From Lama guanicoe (taxonomy: Eukaryota): a DNA stretch of 64,000 nucleotides. A program made the position numbers and the translations under genes. The first letter of the stretch is position 1. Each line of letters starts with the position of its first letter. This document shows positions 13,091 to 26,579 of this stretch, in pieces. The notes beneath the pieces are model-generated. The model was not told the DNA's origin. It worked only from the letters and a program-made list of their open reading frames with translations, and did no database searches. The stretch is taken from positions 1,081,567 through 1,145,566 of the forward strand of contig MU053629.1 of NCBI GenBank assembly GCA_013239625.1. Direction: 5' to 3'.

Positions 13091-16041
13091 ATATAATTTC
13101 ATCATGCTTGTCAGACAGAAGACTTCAGAGTTAGGGGCGCAAGTGTATAGCTGAGCTACAAAGGGTGGCTGAGCCCCCTAGCTTTTGCTAATATAACTAA
13201 CTTAAAACTGGCAGAGTTTTTAATATTACCTTTCTTTGTATATATGGTATTTGCTGATTTTGATTTTTAGCTGGTCATCAAAATCTTAAGAGTTAGAGAA
13301 AATTTCAAACTTGTCTTAGACTGTCATTTATATAGTGGAGTGCTGGCAGGGAATGTGAAGGTGATGGTATTGTAAGTCCTTTTTTTTTTTTTTCAGACTG
13401 TTGTAAATCTTAAGCCAAATCATTTTCGAAACAACAGGGGAAAATTGCTTGTACCATTTTTGCCATTTGTGTTGGACAAATGCCACTTGTTCACTCCCAG
13501 CCTTTGGGGAGATAATTATATGGTTGCTGGTGGAAAGGACAGAACTGAAGCAGGCAGTTTCATGTCTTAGAAAATCATGTCTTCTGTTGGTTCATCATCT
13601 CTTGCTGGTTCCTGCTCCCAAAGAGCAAACCTTGGAATATTATCTATTAAAAAGGATGCAATTATGACAGTGGGGTTCTCACGTTGAGAAATTAATGTCT
13701 CCTGGCCTGGGAGCTCCCTGAGTCTGATAACTTTTCATCTTTGTGTTCCTCGGTGCCTAGCATCAGTGTCAGGCTCAATACTTCTTGTCAAATTAAATAT
13801 TGAAATTTGTCCTTTCATTAATCAACTTGATTTTCATGTGGCTTAGATTTGACTAAGCTAATTTCATTTTTATCCATCAGACGTAGCTGAGCACTCTTCA
13901 GCCTTGTCTTTTACGTAGGGGAAGGGAAGTAATCTCAGTCAGTTTTCTGTTTTATAATTCGTGTCATGGATTATACTCACACTCAGGCTGAGGAATTGGT
14001 CACAAAGTCGAAAAAGGGGCCACGTCTGCCACTTCTCTGCCTCCAGTATCATCATCTGCAAACACGGACTTCAGCCTGGAGGCCTGCAATGGCTTATCTG
14101 AAGTACATTAAATACCAGTTTTTCTGAGTGCGCATTTTTTTTTCCTGCTTTCTTGTGTCACTTTCAGAAACTCATTCAAAGAACTGCAGTCCAATGGGTG
14201 TGATCTTTTGTATTTCCAGAATGGCCAGTGACATTTTACTTCAGCTTCCTCATTCTGCTGACAGACCATTTGGGGTTAAAAATACACAGTCATTGTGTAT
14301 CATGTTTCTTAACTTCTTTGCATCACTGTCCTATGCATTTCCTGACCTAATGATTATGCTGTCCAAACTGGGAGCACGGACATTGTGACCACCAGATGTG
14401 GAAATCTTGCCCCAGGCTTGCCTGCGGACATCACTGAAATGACAGTGTGTCTGTGAAATCATCATGTGGATAGTTCTGGTTTTGTTTTTCATATTAGTAA
14501 CTGAGGGTTACTGTTAGGGTGTTGCCAGTGTACTTTTAGATCAGTCCAAAACTGGGCAGATGGATTTAATATTGTAAAATACCACCTTTTCAATTGAAGA
14601 GGTAAGATTTTCAACTTGATGGTTGAGTTTATTTTGTTTTGTTTTTTCTCAGCTGTTCATGTGTGGCAATACTCTGGCATGATCCACCCCCTACACACCC
14701 AAGAACCTAGAATTATCTACCCTCTGTACCGCTGAGTTTACTTTTAAAATAATATACCTGCTGTCTCTTTTTTCTAAACCACATTGTAATATGAGGCCTT
14801 AAGTAGAAAGATGAATTAAAAATATACAAAGCAAATTATTCACCGAGGCCACTCCTGCTCTGTGTGTGTAGGAATTCCTCGTGAGCCTCGACTGAGCAGT
14901 GTTTAAAGTCCAGTGAGCTCCCTTCATTAAAGATTGCACTGTTGCCCTCTCCTGTTTTACAGCTGATTAGATTAATTGAATAGGATTAATAAATTACAGC
15001 ATGGCAAACTCAGAATTATCTTGTTAATTAGGGACAGGGGTAGATGGAAGAATGAAATCTCCAGATGATGGCTTTCCTCCTGGGTTTGTTCTACAGATGC
15101 CACTGAAACACAGCATGGGAAAGCAAGCTCACGTTGCTTTAGGCCTCTCTTCGTCTCCCCTCACATTCTCTTGCAGGTGACAGCAAATAAAGTGGTACTG
15201 AAGGAATTAGGGGAAAAGGGGCAAATCTGTCCAGGCAGTTTGGTGGATAGTGGTTAGTCTGCAGGCAAAGGCTCTTTCAGATGAGGTATACGCGTTGGTT
15301 ATTTGGTGCGCTTTTTTATGCTTTCCCCCCCATGGGAACATCATTATATTCAACAGTAAGATTTTGTAAAAGCAGCCCCCCAAAGCTTCTTTATTCCAGA
15401 ATGTGAAGTATAGTTGTACTGAGTCCTATTTCATCTAAAGCATATGTAATATTTTCTTCAGAACTGCTTAATGCAAAAATACTACGGGAGTTTGTTAACA
15501 TTTGAAGTTCCTAATTTTGAAAATCATCTCACTGTAACTTACTTACCCTAACGTAAGTACTTTACTGTTTCACATGTTGCTTTCCATATGCACATATATT
15601 TTCTACATAGTTACAGACATCACGCATTTTATATTTTGCTACTTTTGTCACAGTATAATAAATACTTTCCAAGTTTCTGTGTCATCTTGGTAATGATCAA
15701 GGGTTACTTTTAATAGACTCAAAATACTCCATGGTGAAAAAGACACAAAGCCTTCAGTAGCTACTGTAGCAATGGAAGTAGGGGAGGGATGTGGGTGGGG
15801 AGGGGGGCGGGGTAGGGTAGGTAGATGCTCTTTGCAAAGAAGTGTGTCTGTGTCTGTACCTGCTGAAGAGAAGACTAGCTCTAGGTCATCACTCCCAGCG
15901 TTCTGTTGTGGGAAATAAGGATCATTGTCCCCCAGGACCAAAGTTCTCGCTAGAGACTTCAAGTGAGTCTTTTATGTCTTACATGCCTGTTGGTTGGGAC
16001 AACTGCCTGATTATGACCTGCTTTAAGAAACATATTTGTAT

Positions 16042-16133
16042 GAATATATGTGTGTATGTGCATGGCTGGGACATTGTCTGTACACCAGAAACTGACACAT
16101 TGTAATTGACTACTTCAATTGAAAAAAAAAAAG
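16042..16133 (+). mobile_element. Very short 5'-truncated LINE-1 3' end
   Basis: tgtacaccagaaactgacacattgtaa + poly(A); perfect 15-bp TSD gaaacatatttgtat at 16027-16041 and 16134-16148; TT/AAGA endonuclease site. Confidence 0.9.
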
Positions 16134-18832
16134 GAAACATATTTGTATTTGTAACTTTGAAACACTTGCCTGAGAAAGATGGGTACTGATGGATGGACAT
16201 TGTGATCCTTAACGTGCTTCTCCAGGATTTAGAAAGAACTGTCGATTTTGAAAGAGATGGGTAATAGGAAACATAAGGAAAATAATTCTTCTACCCAAGA
16301 TTGCAGGCCAGTCTGTGGAAACTGTGCAGTCAATTTCTTGCTCTCACGCCTGAGGCATTAGTTTTTAGGGATAGGGGTAGGGGACCTTGAATGGGATATT
16401 CCACTTTGAAGTTAGTTTCATAAAAACAAGCTGGTAAAATATAATTTGAGATAAATTTTTTGTCAGTTTGAGAAAAATTATTTTATGTGGCACTGGATGA
16501 ATCTCCCTGCCATTAAAATGACCAAGGTGGCTTTTTAAAAATATTCTTGTGTCAATATAATTTAGGTGTGCTTCTCTTGCCCTCCACCCCCTCCCTGCCA
16601 CCCCCAACCAAACACAGGGCTTTGGACGTAGGAAGAATAAGGACTGAATGTGAAGTCCACTATAGCATATTTTGACAACCCACTCATTTTATGCTCTGAA
16701 TGTAGTTATTACTCATTCTTTGTGTATTTGAAGTTTAAAGTGGCAATTAGCTGGCAGACAAGGGAGAAAAAAAAAATTATGACATGTTCTAGCTCCTTCA
16801 TTGGTCCAGACCACATCCGTAGGTTAGAGAAGATCTTGGATTTGCCAACCCAGATGTAACATTGTATTCTGTTTTAAAAGTCAAGCCAAGGAAGTAGTAG
16901 GCGGCAGAATCTTTTATCACCCTATAAAGTTACAAAAATGTCTTCAGTATTTAGAGGTGATGACTATATATAGTGTGAGATATACGTCATGGGCTGACAG
17001 AAGGGTTTACTATATGCATGAAAAAGAGTGTTGTCAATTTTAAACTTTTGTATCTTAGGAAAGTGTGTTTACAAATCACGATGATATGAGCACCGGTAAA
17101 GTTTCTTCATTTTTGATTGGGAAAACTATCATCTGTTTGTGCCATTTTTGTTGATTTTTGCCTCCTCCTTTTACTTGCATATACCCCATCTGTCTTTTTT
17201 AACCCTACTCATTAGCAGTAGCTTATTATAATTATCCATCTGTCACCCTGGCTGCAGTGAGCTGTAAGTGCTACTTAATTTTACTATACTTTTGTGGCAT
17301 TGATGTTGGTTTTGATCAAGAAAAGGCTTTTTTGCTAACTAGATTCAGATCGCTGTGAGTTTGCAGTTATGTTTGTTTATTTTACAATCTCTGATCTCTT
17401 TCCTCTTATCTAGAGACAAGTCAGTAGGAGAAGAGGATGGGAGGGGTGAGGTGGGTAATGCAGAAGAGCGTATATAACTTCAGGTGATTCTTCTCTTCAG
17501 CCTCCAGTAATTTGGTACAGACCCTTACCACGTCCCTCATTGAAAGTTGATTTGTATTAACTGGGTGAGGAAAATTAATAAATTTTACACTTTGTACCAA
17601 TATAAGCTGAAATCTTAAATGAGTGATTTGGACATTTTCTTGGAAAATAGTAAAATTGTAGCCGAAGTTTATTTCAGCCCTAGGTGCTAACTGGTATATT
17701 ACATTGATAATAATTTCTTTTGGTTTTCCTCTTTTAAGAACTCATTCTCAAAGGAAAAATATATGTCATTTGTGTTTAGTTAGTTGAACCATGTAAGGTT
17801 ACTTAGTTAATTTATTTTTTTTTCTTTTTAGCTTTCCTTTACCTCCAAATGAATGGAAAATATGAGACATGGTCAATACTTAGAAAGATCTAAAGGATCA
17901 GCTTCACTGCATCTTCATGCAGCATCATTGGAATGTAGTTGTAATTTTTTCCAGTGTTAATGCCTGTGATTTAAGTATGGTTTTCCCATAGCAATAATGT
18001 GTGAAATCTGGGATTTGCTTTTTTTGAGTAACCACAGTATTCCCTTCACCCTTAAATGAAACAGACCCCACCCTGAGTTGTCAAAGTACAAACAAAGAAA
18101 TTCCAGATTTAGGACGCAGGCTGTTACGTACTGTTACAAAGACACACTTTCCCAGAAACAGTGGATAGAGCAGGGGAGATGCAACTGGTTTCACTGAGGA
18201 GCAGTCTGGTTCTTGGGATGGTCATGAATTCGTAACAAGAAGAGGGGTGGAAATCTCAGAGGCATTCTGAGCTTTTACTCTTCATGGAAGTCTAGTTCAT
18301 AAATTAGGCTTTTTATGAAAAGATTTTTATTGAAGGTGAAACGTCTGTTTATTGAAAGCCTCTAAAATCCACATTTTGACAACTTCAAGCACATTGCTAC
18401 TTCCAGATTGAGTAACACTCAAAAACACATTTCCTTTTCAAATTGCAAGATTTGCAAAAGAGACCTGTGCCTTCTTTGACCATCCTCAAATGGTGAGTTG
18501 AATGCTGGGTAATTGCTGCTGACTCCTTAATCAGATTTAAAATTCTCAGTCATTTCCTAGGTGTTTCTGCATACTTTATCTGAGTCATTGTTACTATACT
18601 TTGCTTGCCATCTCTCTTTTTCTCAACATTTTGGCAATCCTAGCATTAAAAACCTTTTATTTGTAATTCAACACAGTTATATTTTAAGTGGCTATCATTT
18701 GTTATTATAGTGATTTGTTATTTTGACTTTTTATTGTCCAAAGACATTTCAAGGTTCAATTAGATCTTTATGTTTTTCATTTATAAAGCCCCTTAAGACT
18801 CTCAAATATAGACATTACTTAAAACTATTCTT

Positions 18833-18930
18833 TTTTTAAAATTTATTTATAATGGAGGTACTGGGGATTGAACCCAGGACCTGGTGCGTGCTAAGCACGT
18901 GCTCTGCCACTGAGCTATACCCTCCCTCCG
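18833..18930 (-). mobile_element. tRNA-Ala-derived SINE (Vic-1-like, short tail)
   Basis: Reverse-complement tRNA head; TSD aaactattctt at 18822-18832 and 18931-18941. Confidence 0.92.
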
Positions 18931-21280
18931 AAACTATTCTTAAGTGCACTATTTTTCTATCTGTCATGCATATGTTTATGGCTCGAAGAAAAATTAGCAA
19001 ATCCTTCATAAGTTCTAGAACTAGTTTATGAGTTACTATCTTTTGTTGGCATGATTCAATTTTATCAGCTATCTTATGAAGAATGCCAAGAACTGAATTA
19101 ATTCATTAGCAAGTAGGAAATTCCAAAACAGTGTAAAGATGTGCAGTTTTTTCAGCAGGAAATGGTAATATGTGTCACTTGATTTACATCATAAATGGGG
19201 TTTCATTTACCACTTCCTATTCACAGAGTAGATGAACTATCTTCTTTTTAGTATATCAGGCGTCCTTGCTCATAAGGGCAAATTATATTCGCAGACCACT
19301 TGTTCGTCTGCCTTAAAAAAAAAAAAGTCCCCCCCTTTCCAGTGTTTGATTTAACAAAGCTAACATAGTTGGCTGCTAGTGATTATTTTATAGTGTTGTT
19401 AAAACATCTTCTGAATTTACTTTTAGTGTGTTTTTCCTCTTGAACTTTAGACTTCCTAATTTTCAAATGAGAAAACAGTACATTTGCATATAAATGAACA
19501 AAACAAAGAATATTTCTAAATATATGCAGTAAAATTGATACTTGGTAGAAATATGCTTTTATGAACTTACAGAATGTGTATTTAAAAAAAGAACGATGCC
19601 TTAAATGCCTCTCTTTCAATCTAAGTAACATTCTTCACTTTATTTATACTTGTACACATTTTCTCCAAGTCCTTTATTTATTTAGGGAAAAAATATTTTA
19701 AAGCTTCAATCTATGACTCATTTTCTCCCATTTCAGTAATCTGTTTTTCTAATTAGAGATTTTAGCTAATTATCCTGAAGTCAGCTACTCTAAAATTTTA
19801 TTATTCTCCATGTTTAAAAGTCCACAGAAAAAGCATCAGCAGAATATGGTGTCAACATTTCAAAATTGGCAGGATCCATCTACACTATATCTTCATCATT
19901 AATGACAAAAATCTTGAGTAAGAGAATGAATATAGTGTTTCTTTAAAACAGATTTCAATGTTTGAGAAGCTTTTTTTTTTTCTATTTCTGAACTATCTCT
20001 GAAATGTAAATAGACAAACCACACAACTCAGTATTCAGATAGCCTGGAATCACAGATGTTTGAAACAAAGTACTTTTTTTTTTTTAATTGTAGAGGCACA
20101 GTGTTAAACTTCTGCTTCTTAAAGTGGGTCAAAGGGGATAGATAACCGGTTTTTTTTTTTTCTCCCTTGATGTGTGGCGCTGGAGTAAACCCAGCACTGG
20201 AATCTTCTTGCATTGCTATCATTCACTGAAAGGCTAAATGTCCCAGAAATCTGAATTTTTTTTTTCATAGCTCTTTGACTTCAGTCAAATTGTTCTTTTA
20301 AAAGAACTTGAGTGGAAAGCATGTGTCTAAAGCCTCCGTTGAAGGAAGGTCCCCTGCAGCCTGTTTCTCCAGCCCTGATTTTCCTGGGCCGGGCCACTGA
20401 CTTCCCCAAGTGACCCGAGATAGTACCCGGGAGGGAAGAGAGAGCAGTGAGTGTTCTAAGCTGTAGCACCCACAGAGCAAAAATGCGTCAAGTCACAGCT
20501 TGTGCCAAAGGTCAGGACAGCGGGCTGGCCCCAGAGACTTCGTTCTGCAGGCCAGGGAACGCCCTTCTTCGTCCTCGTTCCCACACTCCAGCAGTGGCAT
20601 CCTTTTACCCATCACACACCCAGGCAACCTCCCTACTCTCTTGCAACTGAAGAGGTTATGTTATTGCACGTGTTGGCTGGCTGATTTGACTTCGGTGTGA
20701 AGGAATTTTGTCAATCTGTTTGCTAAGTTAAATCGTACCTAACTTGCGGAATGAAAGGAGGCCTGAGACTGCTCAGTCCGAGCTCCCTTTCCCCAGAAGG
20801 TCTGTTAACTGTGGGTTTGGGCCAAGTTCAAAGTTCCCTTCCCTTTCTTTTGCTGCAAGCCCTCGCGCAGCTGATTTCTGAGAACTCTCTGATAAGCAGT
20901 GCTTCGGGCCCATGCTTAGTCCCTGTCTCTCACTAGAGCCTCACTTCCAGCTCTCGTTCCTCTGCATCTCCCTGGGCCATGCAGAGGCCTCAAGTACACT
21001 CTCCCCCAAGGTAATGGGCAGACCCCCTCCCCAGCCTGAGCCTCTTCCCTTCCCCCTTTGGGATGGAAAATCAGAGCTCCTTTGTTCCTCTCCGGAGTGC
21101 CACTGCCCACAGTGACCACACGTGTATTCTTCCCTCCTCCCTGGCCCACATGGAAGCTCCCTTTCCTCCAGGCAGGGAGGGAAATGTCCTTGAACCTCCT
21201 GCTTGGAATCTGAGTGGCCAGGACTCCTTGCCACTCCAAGCCCTTCATCTGCCCCCTCACGTTCTGAACTTGATCCAGTC

Positions 21281-21438
21281 TTTTTTCTTTAATTGGAGTA
21301 TAGTTGATTTACAATTGTTGTGTTAGTTTGTGGTATATAGCATAGCAATTCATTTATACGTATGTATATTCTTTTTCATATTCTTTACCATTATAGGTAT
21401 TGACTACAGTTCCCTGTGCCATACAGTAGGATCTGGTT
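21281..21438 (-). mobile_element. Older LINE-1 3' end fragment
   Basis: ttggagtatagttgatttacaa...ttccctgtgccatacagtagga is typical of laurasiatherian L1 3'UTRs. Confidence 0.8.
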
Positions 21439-21769
21439 TAGAACTTGGCCTGCCTTGCTATCACCCTGGTCACAAGGACTCAGTCTGCTGAACTGAGCAC
21501 CACGACCCTCTGTATGTTGGACAAGTTGCGGAGGGGCTGGTGCCTGCTTTTCCCCAGACTAAGTCTTCTAAGGTGCCTTTCATCTCTAAAATTTGGTTTA
21601 ATTTTTGTCCTGTCCTGAATCAATGTGTACCTCCATATGTCATTTTTCTAGACGACTAATCACTGTTTATTTTAAAAAATTGTGATCAGTTTCAGGCATA
21701 CAAAAGTCTACCCAATATAAAACTCCCACATCCATGTACCACCACTCACTTTTATAAAGAATAAATTAT

Positions 21770-21896
21770 GGGGGAGGGTGTAGCTCAGTGGTAGAGTGCA
21801 TGCTTAGCATGCATGAGGTCCTGGGTTCAATCCCTAGTACCTCTGTTAAAATTAAAAAAAAAACAAATAAATAAACCTGATTATCTACCCCCCAAA
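21770..21896 (+). mobile_element. tRNA-Ala-derived SINE (Vic-1-like), well preserved
   Basis: A box 21781-21791, B box 21824-21833; perfect 14-bp TSD aaagaataaattat at 21756-21769 and 21897-21910. Confidence 0.94.
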
Positions 21897-23489
21897 AAAG
21901 AATAAATTATAAGTAGAGTTGAAGGACCTATGAGCCCCTCCCTAACCCCGCCTCTTCCATTTCTCTTCAGCTGTCCTGGTTTTGTTGATAATCATTCCTG
22001 TGCTTTTTTTATACTTTAGTTACACGCGGATGGATGTGCAAATGATACACTGTTGTTTTCAGGACTGTTGACATTTTACAGAAGTGGTTTGACTCTGTGC
22101 ACATTTCTGCACGTTCTGTTTTCACCTGGCGTTGTTTTGAGGTCCACTCACGTTGACACGCAGAGCTCTCGTTGGCTGCTCCCTGGCGTTTCCTTGTTTA
22201 CAAGGCATCCCCCTGCTGGTGGACGTTCCGTTGTTGCTGGGGTTTCGCCGTGACCCGTAAGGAGGAGGCCTCCTCAGAGAGACAGGGATGTACCACTGCG
22301 TGTCTCTTTGGGAAGGCCTGATCTTTAAATGCCAAGATCTGATTTTAACGCCGTTTCGAATCAGCCTTTGTGAATCTGGGTAAGGTGCCGTGTCGTGCTG
22401 GGCCTCACTGATCTTGGGCAGAGGGAGGGCTGGACTCAGGGGACTAAAGCTACTTTCCAGGCCTTGAATTCTATGATTCCTTCCATACTTGCTTCCCTGT
22501 CTCCTTATGGTGCCTAATATGTGTCAGTTACAAGCAGCTGTTTGGCATGAGAATCAGTTCGGAAAAAATAAAAATCTGTTAGTGAGTGTGTGAGCGTGTG
22601 TGTGCGCGCGTGTGTTTGTGAATGTATTCAAATTCAGAATGAAAGTGGCTTGAGCCCCTTGGGAATGTTTTTTTTACAATTTAGTTTCCTATTTTATTGA
22701 CCTGGTAAATATTAATGACACACTGGCCTGCTGTAAAGCCATCAAAAAATTAATGTCAGGGCACAGTCAAGCCCCGTGGAAGCAGTGATGGGGTCATATC
22801 TCCTGAACGTCGATGCTGGCTGTGCTGCCGGCCACACAGGCTGCACGCAGCCTGGCTGCTCGTGAAGAGGGTGAGTCAGGGTCGTCATTTTGAACATGAA
22901 TTATTGTATTATGTCCTGCCCAAAAATGAGGTTTTCTAAATGGCATTGAAATACAGAGGGCAGTTGGACTCTAAATGTAAATACCCTTCAGAAGTGATGT
23001 TTTTTGAGATTATATAGTCCTTTCACATGGGGAAGAAAAGAAAGTTGCTCCCTGACTTGCAGGATGAGCTGTGGTTCTTGCTGCTGTCATGACAACAGCC
23101 CCTCCTTTGCATTCTCATATCATGTGGGGCTAGAGCACAGGCTAGGTCTTCGGAACTGTGGGCTCTGGGCTCAGGGACCCTCCTAAGCAGTGAGACTCGT
23201 GGGCTAGCCCAGAGATGCTGGGGCAACTACTTGGCTTGCTCGCTGCCCTTTTTTTCCTCCCTTCATGTTTTCTTGTTTGTGGCTGAACACTAGGCAAAAT
23301 TACCTTCAGAGAAGTACTATAGTTATCATGAGATTTAGTAACATCCCTCCAGGGTAGTAGTGATAGCTATTATGATTTGTCTGTTTCGTGTAGCTATGAA
23401 TATAAAATTTATTAAATAGACTTGTATTAATTCTAACAGATATTATGATTGATTCAACAGATTTCCCCCTTTTTCCTATTTTTAGCAGC

Positions 23490-23975
23490 CCTGTGCATCA
23501 GGGGGAGTGGCCCAGCTCCAGGGATGGGCCTTGATTGATCTAAATTTAGGGATGGGTTTAGATTAATCCAATCTTGGTCACTGCCCAGGGCAGTGATTAG
23601 TTCAGGAGCTCAGCCTTGGCTCCTGGAACATGACATTCCCATGGTTATAAACCCAGAAATGAGACATGAAGGAAAGGTCGCTGGAGGCTTTGGGGAAACA
23701 TTTCCTCACATTCAAGAGTGAGGCACAGGAAGATGATAGCTTTTCTTCTCAGTATTGCTGTTGTGGTCAGGAACTGCTATCAGTCAGAGGATGAAATTGA
23801 CACTCCCATGAGGGCAGACCCAACGGAGGTACAGAGAAAGGAGCCGGAACTACTGACTGAGCCATCCCCGAACCCCAGCTCACCACTGGGCTTGTCATAT
23901 GAGTCAACAAATTACCTGAAGCTAGTTTGATTGGGGTTTCTATTATTTGCAGCAGAAAACATCCTAATCAGTATA
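23490..23975 (+). mobile_element. MaLR LTR (MLT1J/K-like)
   Basis: Characteristic 3' end gattggggtttctattatttgcagcagaaaacatcctaa; boundaries approximate. Confidence 0.65.
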
Positions 23976-24040
23976 ATTATATTATTATCTTTATGACTGG
24001 CTATTCTTTTAATCCTGGAGTAGGCTCTTTTCTTCAAATT

Positions 24041-24171
24041 CGTTTTTGGTTTTTCTGTAGGGGGAGGTTTATGTATTTATTTTTAGAAGAGGTACTGGGG
24101 ACTGAACCCAGGACCTCCTGAGTGCTAGGCACGCACTCTACCACTTGAGCTATACCCTCCCCACCTCCCTG
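24041..24171 (-). mobile_element. tRNA-Ala-derived SINE (Vic-1-like)
   Basis: Reverse-complement head and tail; 15-bp TSD tcttttcttYaaatt (1 mismatch) at 24026-24040 and 24172-24186. Confidence 0.9.
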
Positions 24172-25759
24172 TCTTTTCTTTAAATTTTAAAGTGAGTGTA
24201 AATGCACTATATATTCTACGGATGTTATTGTCAACATGAATTATAATGTAGAGATCTTCATTTTCTTACTGTAATAAGATTTCACTGCATCCTTACTCAC
24301 TATAGTCTGCTAAGAAATCTCTGAACATCCAGGGTTTTCTTAGCTCTCTCCGCACTTAGTAGAATTTAACCTTTACTTAATTGCATAAGGGTATTAAACC
24401 TTTTGTTTAGTATCTACTGTATCTGTGTTTCTGTGTGCAGCCTAATTGGCAAAGAAAGGCTAGAGCCCTTGCTCATGTGAGAGCAATTCAGAGCAATATG
24501 TTAATAAACCCAGACACGCAGGATTGAACTACCGTGGGAAAACCCTGCCTTGAGGTGGGGATGGATAAGGCTGAGCAAAGAGCCAAGAAGGGAAGGAGGG
24601 CCGGGACCGCATGGGGTAGAGGGGCATCAGAGAAGGCTGCCCAGTGAGGTGGCCATGTACATGCAGAGGGTGGAGGTGTGGGGCCCCCGAGAGACACAGA
24701 GGCCAAGGCTGCAGAGAGAAGCTGTGAGGATTGCGACGTGGGAAGAGCGCACATCAATGGGGAAAGGCTGACTGCCTGGCTGAGGATGTTGGATCTGTGG
24801 CTTCTTAAATAGTGGGGTGGTGTTGGTACCACAGGGATTATTGTAAGTTACTCTCACGGTGGCCGCAGGGGAATCAGGCCAGGGACAGATGCTGGCACAG
24901 CATCCTGGGAAGATATTTCCATCATCCCTGCGTGACCTGACAAGAGCTGTGGGGCGACAGAATCTGAATGTGCAATATCTTAAATTTATATGGAAGTTCA
25001 GAGTTCCCACAGCACAGCACAGCACAGCACATTACCTAATTTATCTAGGTAGATTAGGTAATGAGATCCTCTCAGCCTTTTTAATGGATGTGAATCCAGA
25101 GATTCAGAGCCGGTGAGCAACCTCCTAAAAGTTGTTAATGACAGAACCCAACCTACAGTCTAAGTCTTTTGACGTCCAGGTCCAGTGCTTTTCAATAATA
25201 GCATAAATGACATTTCCCACTTTTAGTGAAATTCAGGTTGTGCTAATTTGACTGTGGTCTCTAGCATTTGTCTGTCAACTGGCTCCTCATAGCTGCTTCA
25301 GCCGAAGCTAAATACCAGTTCCCAACTCTTAGAAAACAGTGAAAACCTCTGAATGGTGCAAAGGCAGTTAAGTATCCCAGAAAATGGTAGAACCTCCTCA
25401 GATAACAGAAAGAGAATCCTTCTGACAAACACAGAAAACAAAAGGCTAGGTCAGTAGAAAGCTTCCTCAGTGTTTCAAATGAATGGAGAGTAACTGAGAC
25501 TTTAAGGGAGCCTCAAGATGGCTTTGTTGAATGAAGGTGGAGAAGCCATCCATGATGCCCAGCCCTGAAAGAACAGGGAGTTACCATCTTAACTTAGTAA
25601 GGAAAAGTATTCACTTGACAGGCATTTTGATAGGCATCATCTTTTATTTAAAATGTGAATGAACTATTAAAAGATGGAATGTTGGATGACTTTAGTCTTC
25701 CAATTAAAAAATTTCTTTTCCGGATACATAGTAGGTATTTTGAAAGTCATGAATTTTTC

Positions 25760-25995
25760 TTCTTTTTTTATTGTGGTAAAAAAAAAAGATACACAAAATA
25801 AAGTTTACCACCATAACCGTTTTTTTTTTCAGTGTGCAGTTCAGTAGTGTTAAGTGAATTCACATTGTTGTGAAACAAATCTCCAGAACTTTTTCATCTT
25901 GCAGATCTGAAACTATACCCAGTAATCAACAGCTCCCCTTTTCCTACCTCCAGCCCCTCATAACCACCATTCTATTTTCTGTTTCTATGAGTTTG
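25760..25995 (-). mobile_element. Ancient L1 (L1MA/L1MB-like) 3' end
   Basis: ttttattgtggtaaaa...cagttcagtagtgttaagt...ctccagaactttttcatcttgc...accaccattcta matches the L1M 3' end pattern. Confidence 0.8.
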
Positions 25996-26164
25996 GAAAA
26001 TTATGAGTTTTTTTTCAAATGTTAATATCAGGAAACATTTATTATTGTCTACCAGCTGTTGGGCATTGTTCTTGTGAGGGGGCCAAAATAAAGGGATAAA
26101 GGCTAGAGGAGAACCCCTAGAGGGTCTTTGCTGCACTGGATTTGGAAATATGTAAAAAACAAAA

Positions 26165-26270
26165 ATCATTGAATCACTTTACTGTACACAAAAAATGAAC
26201 GTAACATTGTAAGTCCGTTGTACTTTAAAAAATTAGATCTTACAAATCAAAATAAAAAAAAGAAAGAAAC
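26165..26270 (+). mobile_element. Degraded LINE-1 3' end
   Basis: tgaatcactttactgtacac...aacattgtaagtc followed by an A-rich tail. Confidence 0.6.
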
Positions 26271-26579
26271 TACAATAAAAATCAATGTGTATGAAGTCTT
26301 AAATGAATGATGGCCACAGTAAGCTCTCTGTGATGCGAACAGTAATATTCATGCTGTGTTGCTAAATTTGCTTCAGCAACCGCAGATCCCACCATACTGA
26401 GGTACCTTAGAGGAGGAAATGTGAGACAGAAAACTTGGGGATTTGGGGTATCAAATGGTATTTCTTAATATTTCATGGTTATTAGGGCAAAGAATGAGAA
26501 ACTATTCTGCTAGATTAGCTTGGGTGTGATTGTTGTCTGTTCTAAGATTCACAAGAGTACCTAAGAAGATTCCCTGAAG

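Noticed and set aside
21774..21845. tRNA-Ala(AGC) gene (also the five sister copies)
   Set aside because: TSDs, shared A-rich tails and weak acceptor stems identify these as SINE heads
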